Below are positions 1 to 12,667 of a stretch of DNA of 64,000 nt, one piece after another (the first letter of the stretch is position 1; the number at the start of each line of letters is the position of its first letter). The stretch is from Tubulanus polymorphus (Eukaryota; Animalia; Nemertea): NCBI RefSeq assembly GCF_964204645.1, contig NC_134029.1:8706850-8770849 (forward strand), in the 5' to 3' direction. The position numbers were made by a program, and so were the translations under genes. Below the pieces are notes generated by a model, which did not search any database, was not told the origin of the DNA, and was given only the letters and a program-made list of their open reading frames with translations.

Positions 1-184
1 CGAATTACGAGTTATTTTTATGTCAAAATTCGAGATAATAAGTCTACATGAAAATGACACGAAATTCGACATCATTAACTGGAATTTCGACTTATTATGT
101 CAAATTTCGAGATAAAAAGTCGAAATTCGACTTAATAAGTCGAAATTGTGAAAAATATCTCGTATGTCACCTAGGGGCTTCCGG
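1..184. mobile_element. MITE (partial) with internal ~21-bp tandem repeats
   Basis: Repeats of cgaaattcgacttattatgt end in ATCTCGTATGTCACCTAGGGGCTTCCG, the same terminus as the element at 46931-47071. Confidence 0.75.
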
Positions 185-1528
185 ACGTGTGTTTTAAAGG
201 GTTTTAAAGAGAAAAATAGCCGCGAACATATCCTTTAATTGAGTTCCTCGACAATTTCTATTGTTTAATCTATCGCCTCCCATTACACAACGACTGAAAA
301 TCTTTGATATGTAACTTTTCCATCATTGATAATACTATATGATAATTCGAACCGGTACGTGAAATATCTGACCATAGTACGTAGATATCGTTTCTATGGT
401 CTAAGTAAATCTGAATTCAAATAAAAGAATCAATTATCTCTGTGCTCGAATAACTAAATTAAGAGCCAGTTCTGCATAATCATTTGATAGAAAAAGGTCG
501 TCATCACTCTTTGAAACCTCTTATATATGTCTATTTATCTATGCAATCATATCCAAAGAAACTATGTTTATAATCTTGTACATATTATAAGTAAATAAAT
601 CATTCATTCATTCAACCAGAAAACCGTCTCTGCACGTAATACGAAACGTAATATTCCTGTAATACTGTGATGTAATACATATACATTTCCTATCCTTTGT
701 TGTAAAAAATTCGTACTTTAAAGACAATCATATCGTATTGATGATTTTGATATATCATTTCTCTCAAATGTTTAGAATTTTGATAAAGCTGATATTTTGA
801 ATTTACCGAAATATACGTATGTATGCTCCCAACAGAGTATTACTGTAAATAGGTATTATTGTTACAAACCTTTTTACAGTTGCTAGCCGCCATTTTGTTA
901 GGGTACTTTTGTACCGTATTGTTGGGTCATTTTTTTCTCTTTTTTAAAAACTATCCGTGATGTGTGCTGTATCATATTTCATCTGTCCATGGATATATTT
1001 TGACAGTTTCAGGAACATTCAAACCACGTGAATCTCTGGTTTTCAGTTATATAAAAATCATTTCTTAAATTTGCAACAATGCGACATAAGAGCGACATAA
1101 AAATCGGTGGTCAGTTTTTGCCGTGCGCATAGAAATCCAGGGTACTGAACTTTGAAGTTCGTTATTTTCAGAAATAATTTTCTAAAAAATCCAAACATTT
1201 CAAGAACTGTGCGCATAAACGCCCCCTTTCAGATGAACTTTGAAATTTTAAGATATCTTGCCTAGTTTTTTTCCTATGGCACTTTAACTGCAGCGCGTGT
1301 ATTGTCATTCCGAGATTCGGCGCTGTTTTCTTAGCGTGTATTTCAGTATATGGGTAATATTTTTTCATTTTGCGCTTTGCGCTTTGTGTCATCCCTGCAT
1401 TCTGTTCTTTTATTTTGTTTTATTGCTATATTTTCTGTAAATTGTATATAGGGCACAAGCGTTGTGCACGTTTTAACCGAATAAAGATTGCATTTTCAAT
1501 TCGAATTGAATTTTTATGATATCTTTAC

Positions 1529-4500
1529 CTTTCGTTGTTGCGTTTTGTTCGTGAAAATCGTGTAGACTCGCCAGGTTTTCGCGAACATAGATCCAAAGGC
1601 CAACGTGAATCCTATCGACAATAGCCACGGTGAAATCTTCGTGAAACAATTAAAAACATTAAAAGGCGACAATATACGGAAAAAAGCCAATACGAAGTAA
1701 GGTGAATTTGACATGGTCAGGTTCCCTGTTCTCATTTTACCTGACATTGTAGTCCAAGTGGCTCTAACTGGTCCAGACCTAGGATGATTACTTCTCCGAA
1801 ATTCAACAGGGTTCCCGCGACGATGATGTTGTTCATTGTAGGACTTGACATTTTAATAACCCTTGAAAACAATGACACACTGTTAATCTTTCTGCGCTAT
1901 GTATCAATCAACAAATAAAAACCAACATTAGATATATAGCAAAGTTTATCACCTGACACTTTCGGGGTTATTTCTAAACCCCATCATCAGAGCAGGCGCG
2001 GATCCAGAGAGGGGGGGGGGTTCAAGGGTCATGACCCCCTGCTAAGCTACCAAAAAATTTTTTAAATCGTTTTCTTGAAGGAATGTACTCACGACAAAGC
2101 GGGCGAACAGTACTACATAATGGATGACATATTATCTTATCGGTTGGCCAAACAATATGCCGTATAGGCATATCAGAGATTTTAGTCGGCGGTTAACATT
2201 CTTTATGAACCCCCTCCTGGAAAAAATCCTGGATCCGCACCTGCAGAGAAACTACATTTTAGTTTCTCCGATGGGGTTTAGAAATAACCCCGAAAGTGTC
2301 AGATAACTAACTTTGCTATATATCTACGGTGGATTTTTATTTCTTAACTCTACACTGAGATTAATATCCGTTCACTATTAGTCACATGTATCAATGTCTT
2401 TTCAATATAAAACATTATCTAATTCAATAGACTATCTACTAAAACTAAGTTAAAAAGTAAAAATCAGCTTTATTAGAAAATAAATTACTTCATGATCCAT
2501 CGGAAATTCTTTTTGTACCGTTTTCGTGTCGAGCTCACCTCTTTTTCCGGAAATAGATATTGAAAATCAAGAAAAAAATCGCTAAAATCACCCCTATTGC
2601 TGACAATATAGCCAATGTGATGAACGCTTTCGTGTCTATTTTCAGTATTTGCTCGATGTGTTTGTAACCGTCGACGGGCGGAACTCCATCTGCAAATCGA
2701 TTAAAAAAGCGTTTAAAAGCACGGCGAACAAAAAAAATCGTATTTATTTCTGTCTGATGTGATGCTAGACATTACGATAAGATCTTTTGATTTCATCGCG
2801 AGCAATCGATTCACCGAAACGAAAACTCGATCTTAGATCAAACGCAAATCGTAATTGGAATTATTGAAAATGATTTCGCCGCCAGCAGGCAAATCAAACG
2901 TACAGTAACGCCAATTCCAGGTTTCACTGATTGAGATTGATAATTCAGGGATGACGATTTTAATGATCGAAATATCATCCAATGAACGATTTACTGTAAC
3001 GATTGAAAAAGGATTCACAGTCCAAGGTGTCCACAACTGAGATGAAAGTGACCGGGGCTGCTGTGATTGTTTTGGAAAACTTTGGCAAATTCATACATAC
3101 CGGATCTTTTCCATAATTTGGTCAACGGTATTTTCCAATCAATTCGATCAGCTAATATTTTATTCGTCGACCCAACAAGTTTTTCTACTTTCTCGGACGC
3201 TGGAATAGTAAATTAGACATTATATTCGCCATCAAGCGCTATATATAAACGTCGAACATGGTGATGGCAACGTAACGTAAGAACATCTTCAAATAAGCCA
3301 TTGTGTTTACCATCGAATTGTTCTATTTCAAATCGGCCGACACGATCACCCGTATTTCTGCTGAACGAGAACTCGCCCTGAAATGCATTGCGGTATATCA
3401 ATTTCAACTACTAGAGTCGTGCGATAGAATGCAACGGATCTTTCGGATCGAAGTAACGGAAATATTCGACTAGTAGATATAGATATCACATGTTCCTACC
3501 GAAATCCCAGTGAACGAAACTTTTTGTATCGACTCTCTTAAAATGTCGCTGAAATTAGTGTTTTTATACGCGAACTCCGTTAGAGTTGAATTGATAGCCT
3601 TCAAATGGTTGGAAGCGTCATCGAGGCCCAGCGCCGACGCCCAGATGATGTCATACGCTAAGGACGCGACGTTCTGGTAACCTTCGGTGAACGGATCGTA
3701 ACCGAGAAGGTCACGCATCATCGTGTGGTACTGGAAAGACGTCTGAAAAAAATTTGATTATTTAGAAAATAGTTCGCTCTTTTGCAAAGAACGAAAATCT
3801 CAAATCTGAAGCTCATGCAGGTCCACAATGATTACTCATTACTCATAGGTCATACTGAAGTGAGTTTCACGATATGAACTGTACATTCATCTTGTTGACA
3901 AACTCACGATGTTGGCTATAGTGGTAACGTTATCGTCTGTCAGCATTTGGTAAGTGATGGTAAAATAGCCATTTGCCGAATCCAATATCTCTTGCTCGGT
4001 ACATCGAACTGTTGCCGTATCACGACGCGTCCACCAATAGGGTTTATAGTAGCCATCAATTAGCCAAACGTATCGTGGTCCATACAATCCGATTTTGTAC
4101 GCCTATATTTTCAACAAGATCGGTAACAATTACACAAGACGGAAGCATCATGGAGAAATTTTTGTGGAAAAAATTCGAGGCTTATTTCGAGTTACCAAAC
4201 CGGAATAAACCAGTTATGTGTTCGAGGTTTATTTTGGGTAAAAGCGCTCTTCGGATGTTTATTCCGAGTAAATGATTCTCAACATGAAGCCCGGTCTAGG
4301 GTTCGAACCCTGTAATTACCGGGCAAGACACTTATCATCCTTGCCTCTCTTCACCCAGGAATGAATGGATACCTGGTCTGAATGATGACTCCCGAGCGCC
4401 TAGCAGCTGCTCGAAAGTTACTTCTCCCCAGGGAGGGATGACTGATAAATGGTTAGATTTATAGGCTGGAATATGATACCAATTTAATGGAAAGCGCCGT

Positions 4501-7500
4501 TGAACATTGTATCACAGTGAAAAGGGCGCTATAAAACTCTAATTACTACTGATATTACTAAAATCACTTTTAACTGAGAAAACTAGTTTTTCCGAGTTAG
4601 TGACTTGGAATAAACCTGGAACTTTAATTTCTTTCACACTGGCAATTTTAACTAAAATGTAGGTTAAAACTGCCTTCAAAAGATAACATATACAGCAGTG
4701 TATTGGAACTTGTAATCGATTACCTCGCAAAAAACTAACGAAGCCATGTCTTCCCAGAAATTTCCTAGAATTATTCGAACGTCCTTCTGCTAAAAAATAA
4801 AAAATATACACGACGAAAATATTACCTCAGACAATAGTTATTCTTAGTACATATAATCTTATATCAGTATTATATTATAGTACGTATCATTCACATTTCG
4901 CAATAGATCATTTTCTTTCGGTTTTAGATATTCAGCCAATGTTTGTTTGGAACGATTTTGTCAGTTTTTTCGAACTCGGAGGAAACTTAAAATCTAGATG
5001 AAAATATGATATCGAATCCACGAAATGGAGATGAATGTATTATGTTAGAAAACGTCAGAAAATGGAACACAATAATATTTTTGCTAGATCGATGAGATCA
5101 TCGGTTAATATATACAATGATTTTCTTTTAATGATTTTCATTGAAATATTCATAGATTAGATATTCATTTCTTTCCCGGCTGAAGTTGATTAGGGAAATA
5201 TTCATTCTAACCTTCATTTGGGCCAGCGCTGCAGCAGGTGACTCGTCACTTTGAAACGTTGCCGCGTGTACCAATGTGTACTTATTTTCCAGCAATGCTT
5301 CTATTAGCTCTTTGTGAACCTGCAAATTCACCAAATTCCAAAATGAGCTGGATATTAAGATAAACCACAGAACTATAGACGAACGGGAAGGCCGATTCTG
5401 CGACGTAACTATTCATTTGCCTTTGCGATCTTCGGAATTGTTCAGCGCCCCCATCGTTGGCGATTAACAATAGATTCTCAGAAAAATTTTCTATACTGTT
5501 TCGATAATTTCCGATGTCCTGATTGATGTTTTTGCTCATTTACCTAAGACTTTGCAGTTTTCTGCAAGAAACTAATCCAAAAATTGTATGTGTCCAATGA
5601 ATGATTGCTCTCATTAGAATTTTCTATAGTGTTTTATTTGTATGGATATCTCTATACATACAGAGTACAAGTTAGTTACTATGTTTATTTCTGTTTGTTC
5701 GTTTAAACAAGTTAATTTTGTTATCGAATTTGTATTTATATTTTTTCTCTACAGTGTTATGAAATTTGTAAATTTTATGTTGTCCCTCTAATACCTGTAA
5801 TGGGTTTGAGTGTAAAATAAATGAATAAATATACAGCGGTGCCTAGCTGATTTTATAGGAATCGGCTTTCCCGTTCGCTCTATGAATAAACACGAATCCC
5901 AAATCCCGAATCCCATCCGCGAAGTTTTGAAAGGGTGTCGTATATCTTCAACAGGCGTTTGTGGCAGTTTTTGTAGGTCTTCTGTGTGGTTGGTACCGTT
6001 CAAGAGAGATCTTCCTCGGAGATGTTGTCAAACGAAGAATTCTGATCAACATATTTCAGTATAAATTACCGTCGTGTACGGTTCGACTGCTAATGTCAAA
6101 ACGCCGATTTTGTTCCACGCGAATTCTTTGGTGAGCTTGATGCGAATCGAGACGAAGTCAAGCGACGACGATAGGCCTCGGAAAAAATATGGGTAGATAG
6201 ATCTATCCGACAGTTTTGGAGTTGTGGCACTTGGCGATAGCTGCAACGAATGAATATGAATAAACTCGGAAGTATGGTGGCTGATGAGGGCCGTAGAAAT
6301 ATTTCTTGACAAAAAAATAATTTCGTCTATGAAAAAATAGATTTCAATCAAAAATATATTCGTTTTAAGTGAAAATCGGCGCGAGTCACGAGTATTGTTA
6401 CTATCCATGGCATTCAACTCTTATGTTCCTACAATACTAACCATAATTGATTATCAGTGTCAGTACCTACCACGAAATTTATCTAATATAAAATGTGTAC
6501 GGATGAATTGCCACTCGTACTATATTGCTTAATGAAACACGTTCTTTGCAGTTCGTATATGGTTTATCATCAGTCGGGACTTGGTCCCTCGAACCTGTAT
6601 TTTACCAATGGTCTAATCGGCTGTTACCTGCGCGTAATGTATTTCGTTTGGGGAAGCAAGAAGATATTTGGCCGAAGACGTGTACTCTAACATCTACAAT
6701 AACTGACAACTGAACAGTTTGAGCAACTGAAGAGGAACGGAATTAGCAACGACAAAGAAAATGTCGCTGTTTGAAGAAGTGAAACTGACGAGGGCAGCCC
6801 GTTAAGGACAAGGTTAAAGCAAATGTGATTCGCTTCTGAGTGATGGCGATACTGTGAAAGGTATGTCAACGTTATTCACTCTAAAAGCACACATTTGCGA
6901 AAAAAGTCGGAATTAAATCTCTGCCGGTTGAAAAAAGATAGAATTAGATAAAAACGATTTAATTCCGTGAAAAAAGTAGGAATTAAATCAACGCCAGTCG
7001 AAAAAACATAATATTTAATAAAAAATGACTTAATTCCATGAAAAAAGTCGGAATTAAATCGCTGCCGGCCAAAAAGAGATTAAATTAAATAGAAAATGAT
7101 TTAATTCCATGAAAAAAATTAAATCAACGCCAGTCGAAAAACATAATATTCAATAGATATGATTTAACTCAGTGAAAAAAGTCGGAATTAAATCGCCACT
7201 GGTCGAAAAAAACATAACATTTGATTAAAAATCGAATTCTTATTCAATTTTATGGTTTTTCAATCAGAAAAAAATAGACAAATTAATTATGTCCCCATGA
7301 CGCTTCCGTACTGTTGGGCATTCTTGTTCATATTAATGTTTGAAATTAATGACGGTGACTCCTCTGGCCAATCTACAATCCAGTCATCGCATATTCAGTC
7401 ACAAAAGAATCGAAGAATACAACAGAAGCTGACATTACAACAAATATCAAATGCAGGTTTTGTTTTGAAATAAACTTTTCTACTGACTGTGCTTAGTTTA

Positions 7501-9340
7501 ATACACCTCAAACTAGGGCCAAATTTGTTCAGTTTTTAACTGTTTAAGTAAAACCTAATGTCTATTTATTAATTGATGAGACCTGTTTTTCTTGGATATT
7601 TTGCTTACTTTTTGGGGTACATACCTCATTTATGTCTTAACAGAATGCCAAAAATCGCGGACAACAACTGAATATCAACATTGGGATAGGATTAGGATAA
7701 GGTGAGGTACTATATTAGTATAAAACCTGAAGGTTTTGTCAGGAGCGTCGTCACGCCAGTTTGCATGGGGCTACATTTCCTACTCGCATTCTAATGTGAA
7801 TTCTGTTGTAGATAATTCTATCAGTCCAACAGCTGCATCAAGCCAAGCGGTTTCGTCCGCGAAATAATATTATATTATTTCGCGTATATTATTAGTGTCG
7901 ATTCCTGAACATTCGAAAACCGAATATCAATCAGTATTTTCTGGTAAATGGGTTCAATAAGTGCTCGCCCCTTTTCTATTGAACTGTTCTATCGTTTCTC
8001 TTTTCATTTTGCAGAATATTGGCGCGGATCCTTCTCAACAGCTTCTTTCGCCATTACGTTGATAATATTCTTTCTACAACACTGTACCCTCGCGCAAATA
8101 GTTAATGATTTTTACAGTGAGGATATTCTAGACGCAGGAAAATATTTCGATTGAGATAGAATATTTCTTTTTCGATTTGTTTTTCATACCAAAATATTTT
8201 TTCACGTTCAATTTTTTTTCATGTGATCTTTTTTCATTATGGAATTAGTTTCAACCACGAAAATATTACGAAGGCGATTATTTTTCACGAAGAAATTATT
8301 TTCAGGTATAAACTAATATATTTTGCATGTTATTTATATTCCATAGCGTAATTTTTTTCACTTATGAATATTTTTCGATGGAATGTTTTACGACGAATTT
8401 TTGTTTTGTCAAGAAATGGTTTCATGGCCTTTATCAGCCACCGTACAAACAGGTTCAGTTATCGATATGACCAATCGGGTTAACATTCATGCGTTAAATC
8501 ATACTTATCTAGGTGATCTGGAGGGAAATATAAAATGAAATAGTTGTTATGTTCAAAGAAGAATTCGGGAAAATGATGAAAAGGAAGCAGGAAGCAGGAA
8601 AAGGAAGTCTACAAACGGATGTCTTTACGACAGGTTTATGGCAAAGATATGATCAAATGTAGACTCAAGTCGTCAATTAGTTTGGGAATGCACGGCTGAG
8701 GTTGTTTTGTATTTCACAGCAGTTCTTTAAATTAATTATACCTTCTTTTTGCGTTAGTTGATCGTTATTGGTGCCACTTACCAAAATCAGGTTCCATAGA
8801 TTTGAAAACTCGGCAGCATAGGCAGTTGTTAAGGAAAATATCGGCCCGATTACCAACAATTTTGGCTGGCCTTTGTACAGGTACTCGTAGATGATATCTG
8901 TAGCAATGCCAGTATTACGCTACATCGAAAAACAAACAGAGCAATCATCCTACAGCGGATCGAAAGTCGATGACTTTTAGAAGGGCTATTATTCGCCTTT
9001 GTTGGAATGACACATATCGTTGTAAGTTCCTTTTGATTTACGTTTCAGAAATTAAAGAATTTTCCAGAGTGCGTAGTGTTGGGATATACATTAAAACAGT
9101 GCTTACCTGAGTGTCGTTTACATCTAGGATTAGTTCGTAGTCTGTTAGGATAGTTGATCGCTCGTTAACGTGGTTCACCGCCAATAAGGCGCTGGTAAGG
9201 GATTCGTTACCCAAATAATTCCACCATCCTCCAGTCAATGGAAACATCCCCCCGATATGTATCGGCATTTTATGATAATAAGCAGTGCTGCACCCATCGC
9301 CAGATATTAGAATAACCGCGAACAGCTGGAAGAATGACAT
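1529..9340 (-). CDS. GABA-B receptor-like class C GPCR (Venus flytrap + start of 7TM), 3'-partial
   Basis: Phase-consistent GT-AG exons: 9340-9107, 8919-8782, 6240-6070, 5319-5212, 4789-4724, 4102-3908, 3742-3500, 3377-3311, 3199-3101, 2689-2539, 1861-1741, 1636-1529. Motifs: signal peptide, IHIGGMFPLTGGW, TPKLSDRSIYPYFFR, DVRIILGNF..VFCEAYKIGLYGPRYVW, LAYDIIWASAL, GVPPVDG-TM1, IKMSSPTMNNII, GFTLAFGSMFAKTWRVYTIF. TM4-7 exons not found in 1-1528, so probably outside the window. Confidence 0.92.
1914..2341. ncRNA. Inverted pair of minimal type I hammerhead-like motifs (Penelope-like element remnant), interrupted by a MITE
   Basis: ~75-bp inverted repeat arms (1914-1992 / 2262-2341). The - strand at 1990-1953 reads CTGATGA-T-GGGGTT-loop-AACCCC-GAAA-GTG-TC-AG. 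The + copy at 2268-2300 has a degenerate core. Confidence 0.6.
1993..2243. mobile_element. MITE, 15-bp TIR, 5-bp TSD (CAGAG)
   Basis: TIRs CAGGCGCGGATCCAG / CTGGATCCGCACCTG; CAGAG at 1988-1992 and 2244-2248. Confidence 0.85.
4290..4536 (+). mobile_element. tRNA-derived SINE remnant with LINE-like tail
   Basis: B-box GGTTCGAACCC, central ggcaagacactt...gcctctcttcacccagg...aatggatacc block, and 3' tail aaagcgcc...ggcgctataaaa typical of L2-mobilised SINEs. Confidence 0.6.
6897..7310. repeat. ~60-bp tandem repeat (~5.5 copies), probably internal to a MITE
   Basis: Recurrent gaaaaaagtcggaattaaatc..gccagtcgaaaaa..gatttaattcc, followed by a ..GCTTCCGTA terminus at ~7310. Confidence 0.75.
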
Positions 9341-11344
9341 CGTTTTGCTCTCCGAGTTTTAAAATGAGATAATCCAAACTTCGTATTTCTAACCCTGCGA
9401 TACGAAAAACGAAAAGCTCCCGCCGACCATTTTCAAACTGTGAAAGCGCTCGCTGGCGAATATATGATGCGTCATTTTCAAGCAACATGCGCAAAAAGCG
9501 ACGCCAAAACAACAAAAAGTGTTGATGTCGACGAAAAAGAAGGAACTGGTCCCTCGACTGCAACACAGAAGCTCTGACGCATATGGCCAGAGGCGTTACG
9601 CTCTTCGAATCGTTGGTTCCAGATATGATAAATGAAAGATTGTATACGGGTATGAATCGGATCAATTTGCGGAAAATCAAATGATATGCAAATACACTTG
9701 AAATATGGTTCTCGAAATGAAATTAAAACGTTCGTACCCGCCCTGAGGGACATTTTGCTCCCTTCAAAGGGCGATGACGCTGATAAAGAAAGGTATTTTT
9801 AGAAACTTACATCTTATTTTAGTCCTAAGTCCCTTGAACAGCGTAGTAGAATTAGGATGATTTCATAGACCAACCCAAAAAGTACACTCCCGTCTATAGA
9901 TACCAGGTAGTCTGGAGAAGAAGATTATGCATTTCTAGATATTCTAAACGAGGAAAATGCCGAAAATATTGTCATTATTAAACAGTGAAGCTCTGAAATA
10001 GTTTTACAACAAAGTCGAACGGCAATTTTTAGCGTTTGTTATGATTTGAAACCCTTTGAAGATGTAAATATAGCTCGGTAAGGATTTCAATAATATATAT
10101 ATGTGCATGTTTTTTGGGCGTGTACATAATATCGGGCTATTTTGAGCATCGTTGCTCAAGGAGAATTTCTGCACGCTATAATAGTAATCACTCAAACTAG
10201 AGTTATATTTTTCCAGGTATCAGTTCGGAGAAGTCAAGTTCAACTCAACTTTAATCAAAGACATTACTTTTGACACATTAGGCGAAGTTATAGCAGAGCA
10301 GAGAATATCATTCGATCAATCGCCTCTTGTTCATATAATCTTCTTATTCTCAGTTTTATGCTATAACTACTAACTCTGTGATTGATTGGGTTATTCGACT
10401 GTTAAGACTGCCTTATACTTTATAAGTGAGGATAATAAAGGTCTTATCTTACGTAGATCAGTACCGAGTTCATTTAAATAACTCCCACCTAGATCTTTAA
10501 CTTGCCGCATAAACAAATCAAACAACTCACGTTGACTAACTAATCAAACAAATGAGTTGAAATGCCCTGTCGCCATCACCCCCTGGTAGGTCAACCTCTC
10601 GTTTGCTCAAAATGCAGTCATCGTTTGCTGTAGTCGATTGCTGAGATTTGTTCCCCAGCCAAGGTTGGTGCACTAACAGGTATGGATTTAGGATGTCCGG
10701 ACCCCTGCCTTTCAAATTAGGTTGCCCCGTCAAGATAGTTAAAACCTACAAATCAGACACTCATCTTCTTGGAAATTGTATATGTTTGGACTGCTTTCCT
10801 TTCTTAGAAAAACACCGAGGGTGGGACCCCTCTGATAGCCTATGGCTCGCCGCTTTATCAGAAAAACTCCTTAGACATTTCGTATTTCGCCGTTCAATTT
10901 GCATAGATCTGCCCCTGCCTAAACTAACGTTGTCAGCAAATTCGACCAGTCACTTGCACCTATCATATTCAGAAGAGCTAGGTGGCGAACTCGACAATCT
11001 CCTACAACAATTTGCAGGCCAGAGAATTTGCACTGCGTCCCTCGACACACCAGCCAAATTCTGACCCAAGAGTGTAGAGCGATAACCGCATAAAATCTTT
11101 AAACAGAAGCTATCAGGAAATAGATAGAAAGCGTTACTGGAAGTTTTGCAATATAACCCGAAGGGTTTTGACACATGTGAACGTCTGAATGTTACTAATA
11201 AAACAAACATATTTTTGAAAATGACAAGCATGTATTTTCAAACCGCCTATGGGAAAATCGATATATAACGAGTTATAAATACGATAATTTAGAAGCGAAT
11301 AATTTTTTCATGCACGTTGCGCGAATGTAACGAGGTGCGTCGCG

Positions 11345-11614
11345 CTCGATTACAGAAAAAACGCCAAACGAAACTTATAGAGCAAAAACGAATTTCGTTT
11401 TTGTGCCCTAGCAAAAACGAATTTTACCGCGCAATATGATTTTTCGTTTTTGCTCCAAAATAATCGTTTTTGTGCCCTAGCTCGAACTTTCGCTAAAGCG
11501 AAAGCGAATATTATCGTTTTTTCGCTATATTATTTCGTTTTTGCAAAAATAAAGCAAAAAGGAAGTTTTCGTTTTTGCTCTATAAGTTTCGTTTTGCGGG
11601 TTTCTATAATCGAG
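11345..11614. mobile_element. Foldback-type MITE with long TIRs
   Basis: ctcgattacagaaa..aaacgaaacttatagagcaaaaacgaa is inverted to ttcgtttttgctctataagtttcgtttt..tttctataatcgag; internal ttcgtttttg repeats. Confidence 0.8.
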
Positions 11615-12397
11615 ATCGTGTAAAAACTATTGCATTTGGCGGGCCTTATCAGCCACCATAAAAATGCGATGTTTTGTTCGTATTGTACGAAAAACCACCC
11701 TCGCTTGCCAGGGCTTGACCTTGGCGCCCATCGAAGCTCACGTCGATAAAAACTTGGTGCGAGCTACGTCGGGTAGCAACCAAACCCTAGCGAGCAAGGG
11801 TGACGAGAAGTAAGCTTTCCTTTCATACCAAACACGGTAATAGAGGGAAACGCTGTTGATCGGACTTTGACAGAGATGTTTCCAAAAAACGCAACAATCA
11901 TTCAGTATCAAGAAAACTGCCAATAGGCTAATGTATTTGTTATCTCGGTATTCTTGAGATTGCTAGATATCCAGAAAAAAATTACTAGAGATTTCTTATT
12001 TACCGAACTACGGGCAGCGTTCCGAGTGCAAACTACACGCATGACCCATACTCGAGAGTGGAAACCACAAATACGAATTTGTACGACATAAACAAGAACC
12101 ACTATAAACAATATTAACTTGATCTTCATCATAACGAAATGCTGACATTTATTTCTAAGATACATACATCACTTACAAACACATCAAAAATCCATTTATC
12201 AAGCAATAGCTTAATGAGTATATATGGAAATATAGTTTCTTGCCATCGATTCTTAAGCGTTCAAATTGACGAAGAAATTCATCTACGTAACGATCGCTGA
12301 AATATTCGAATCGTCTGAATTACTGAGCTCAGTTCCACATTGTCAGTCAGAATTGACTATACACAATAAAAATCAGTTCAGTCTCGATGTTTAAACA

Positions 12398-12667
12398 CAG
12401 AGCCGTCGGAAGGAATTTTTCAGTGGCGAGGCTTATTTCTGAAGGGTGGTCTGGGGGCCCTCCCCTAGAAAAATTTTGAAAATTCAATCGCGAGAGATGC
12501 ATTTTGGGGCCATTTCACGGTCTCATTCACAGAAGCATGAGAACTCGTGAGCCAACCACCTAGTACAGAGAACGACGAACTGCTACGCGGTACAGCGTGC
12601 TTTTGAAAAAATTTTTGTTAAGCAAAAAAGTGGGGCGGCTTTGGCCGCCCCTGTTCCGACGGCCCTG
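12398..12667. mobile_element. MITE, 14-bp TIR, 5-bp TSD (AAACA)
   Basis: TIRs CAGAGCCGTCGGAA / TTCCGACGGCCCTG; AAACA at 12393-12397 and 12668-12672. Confidence 0.85.

Noticed and set aside
265-320. - strand IKDFQ resembling the next GABA-B exon (IKDxxL before TM4)
   Set aside because: A stop follows within ~8 codons, with no hydrophobic helix and no good acceptor.
4299-4311. tRNA gene suggested by a B-box
   Set aside because: No cloverleaf; the context is SINE-like.
6281-6306. CTGATGA...GAAA hammerhead-like core
   Set aside because: No credible stem II or stem I.
6897-7230. Regularly spaced repeats as a CRISPR-like array
   Set aside because: Whole units repeat with no unique spacers; eukaryotic intron; no cas genes.
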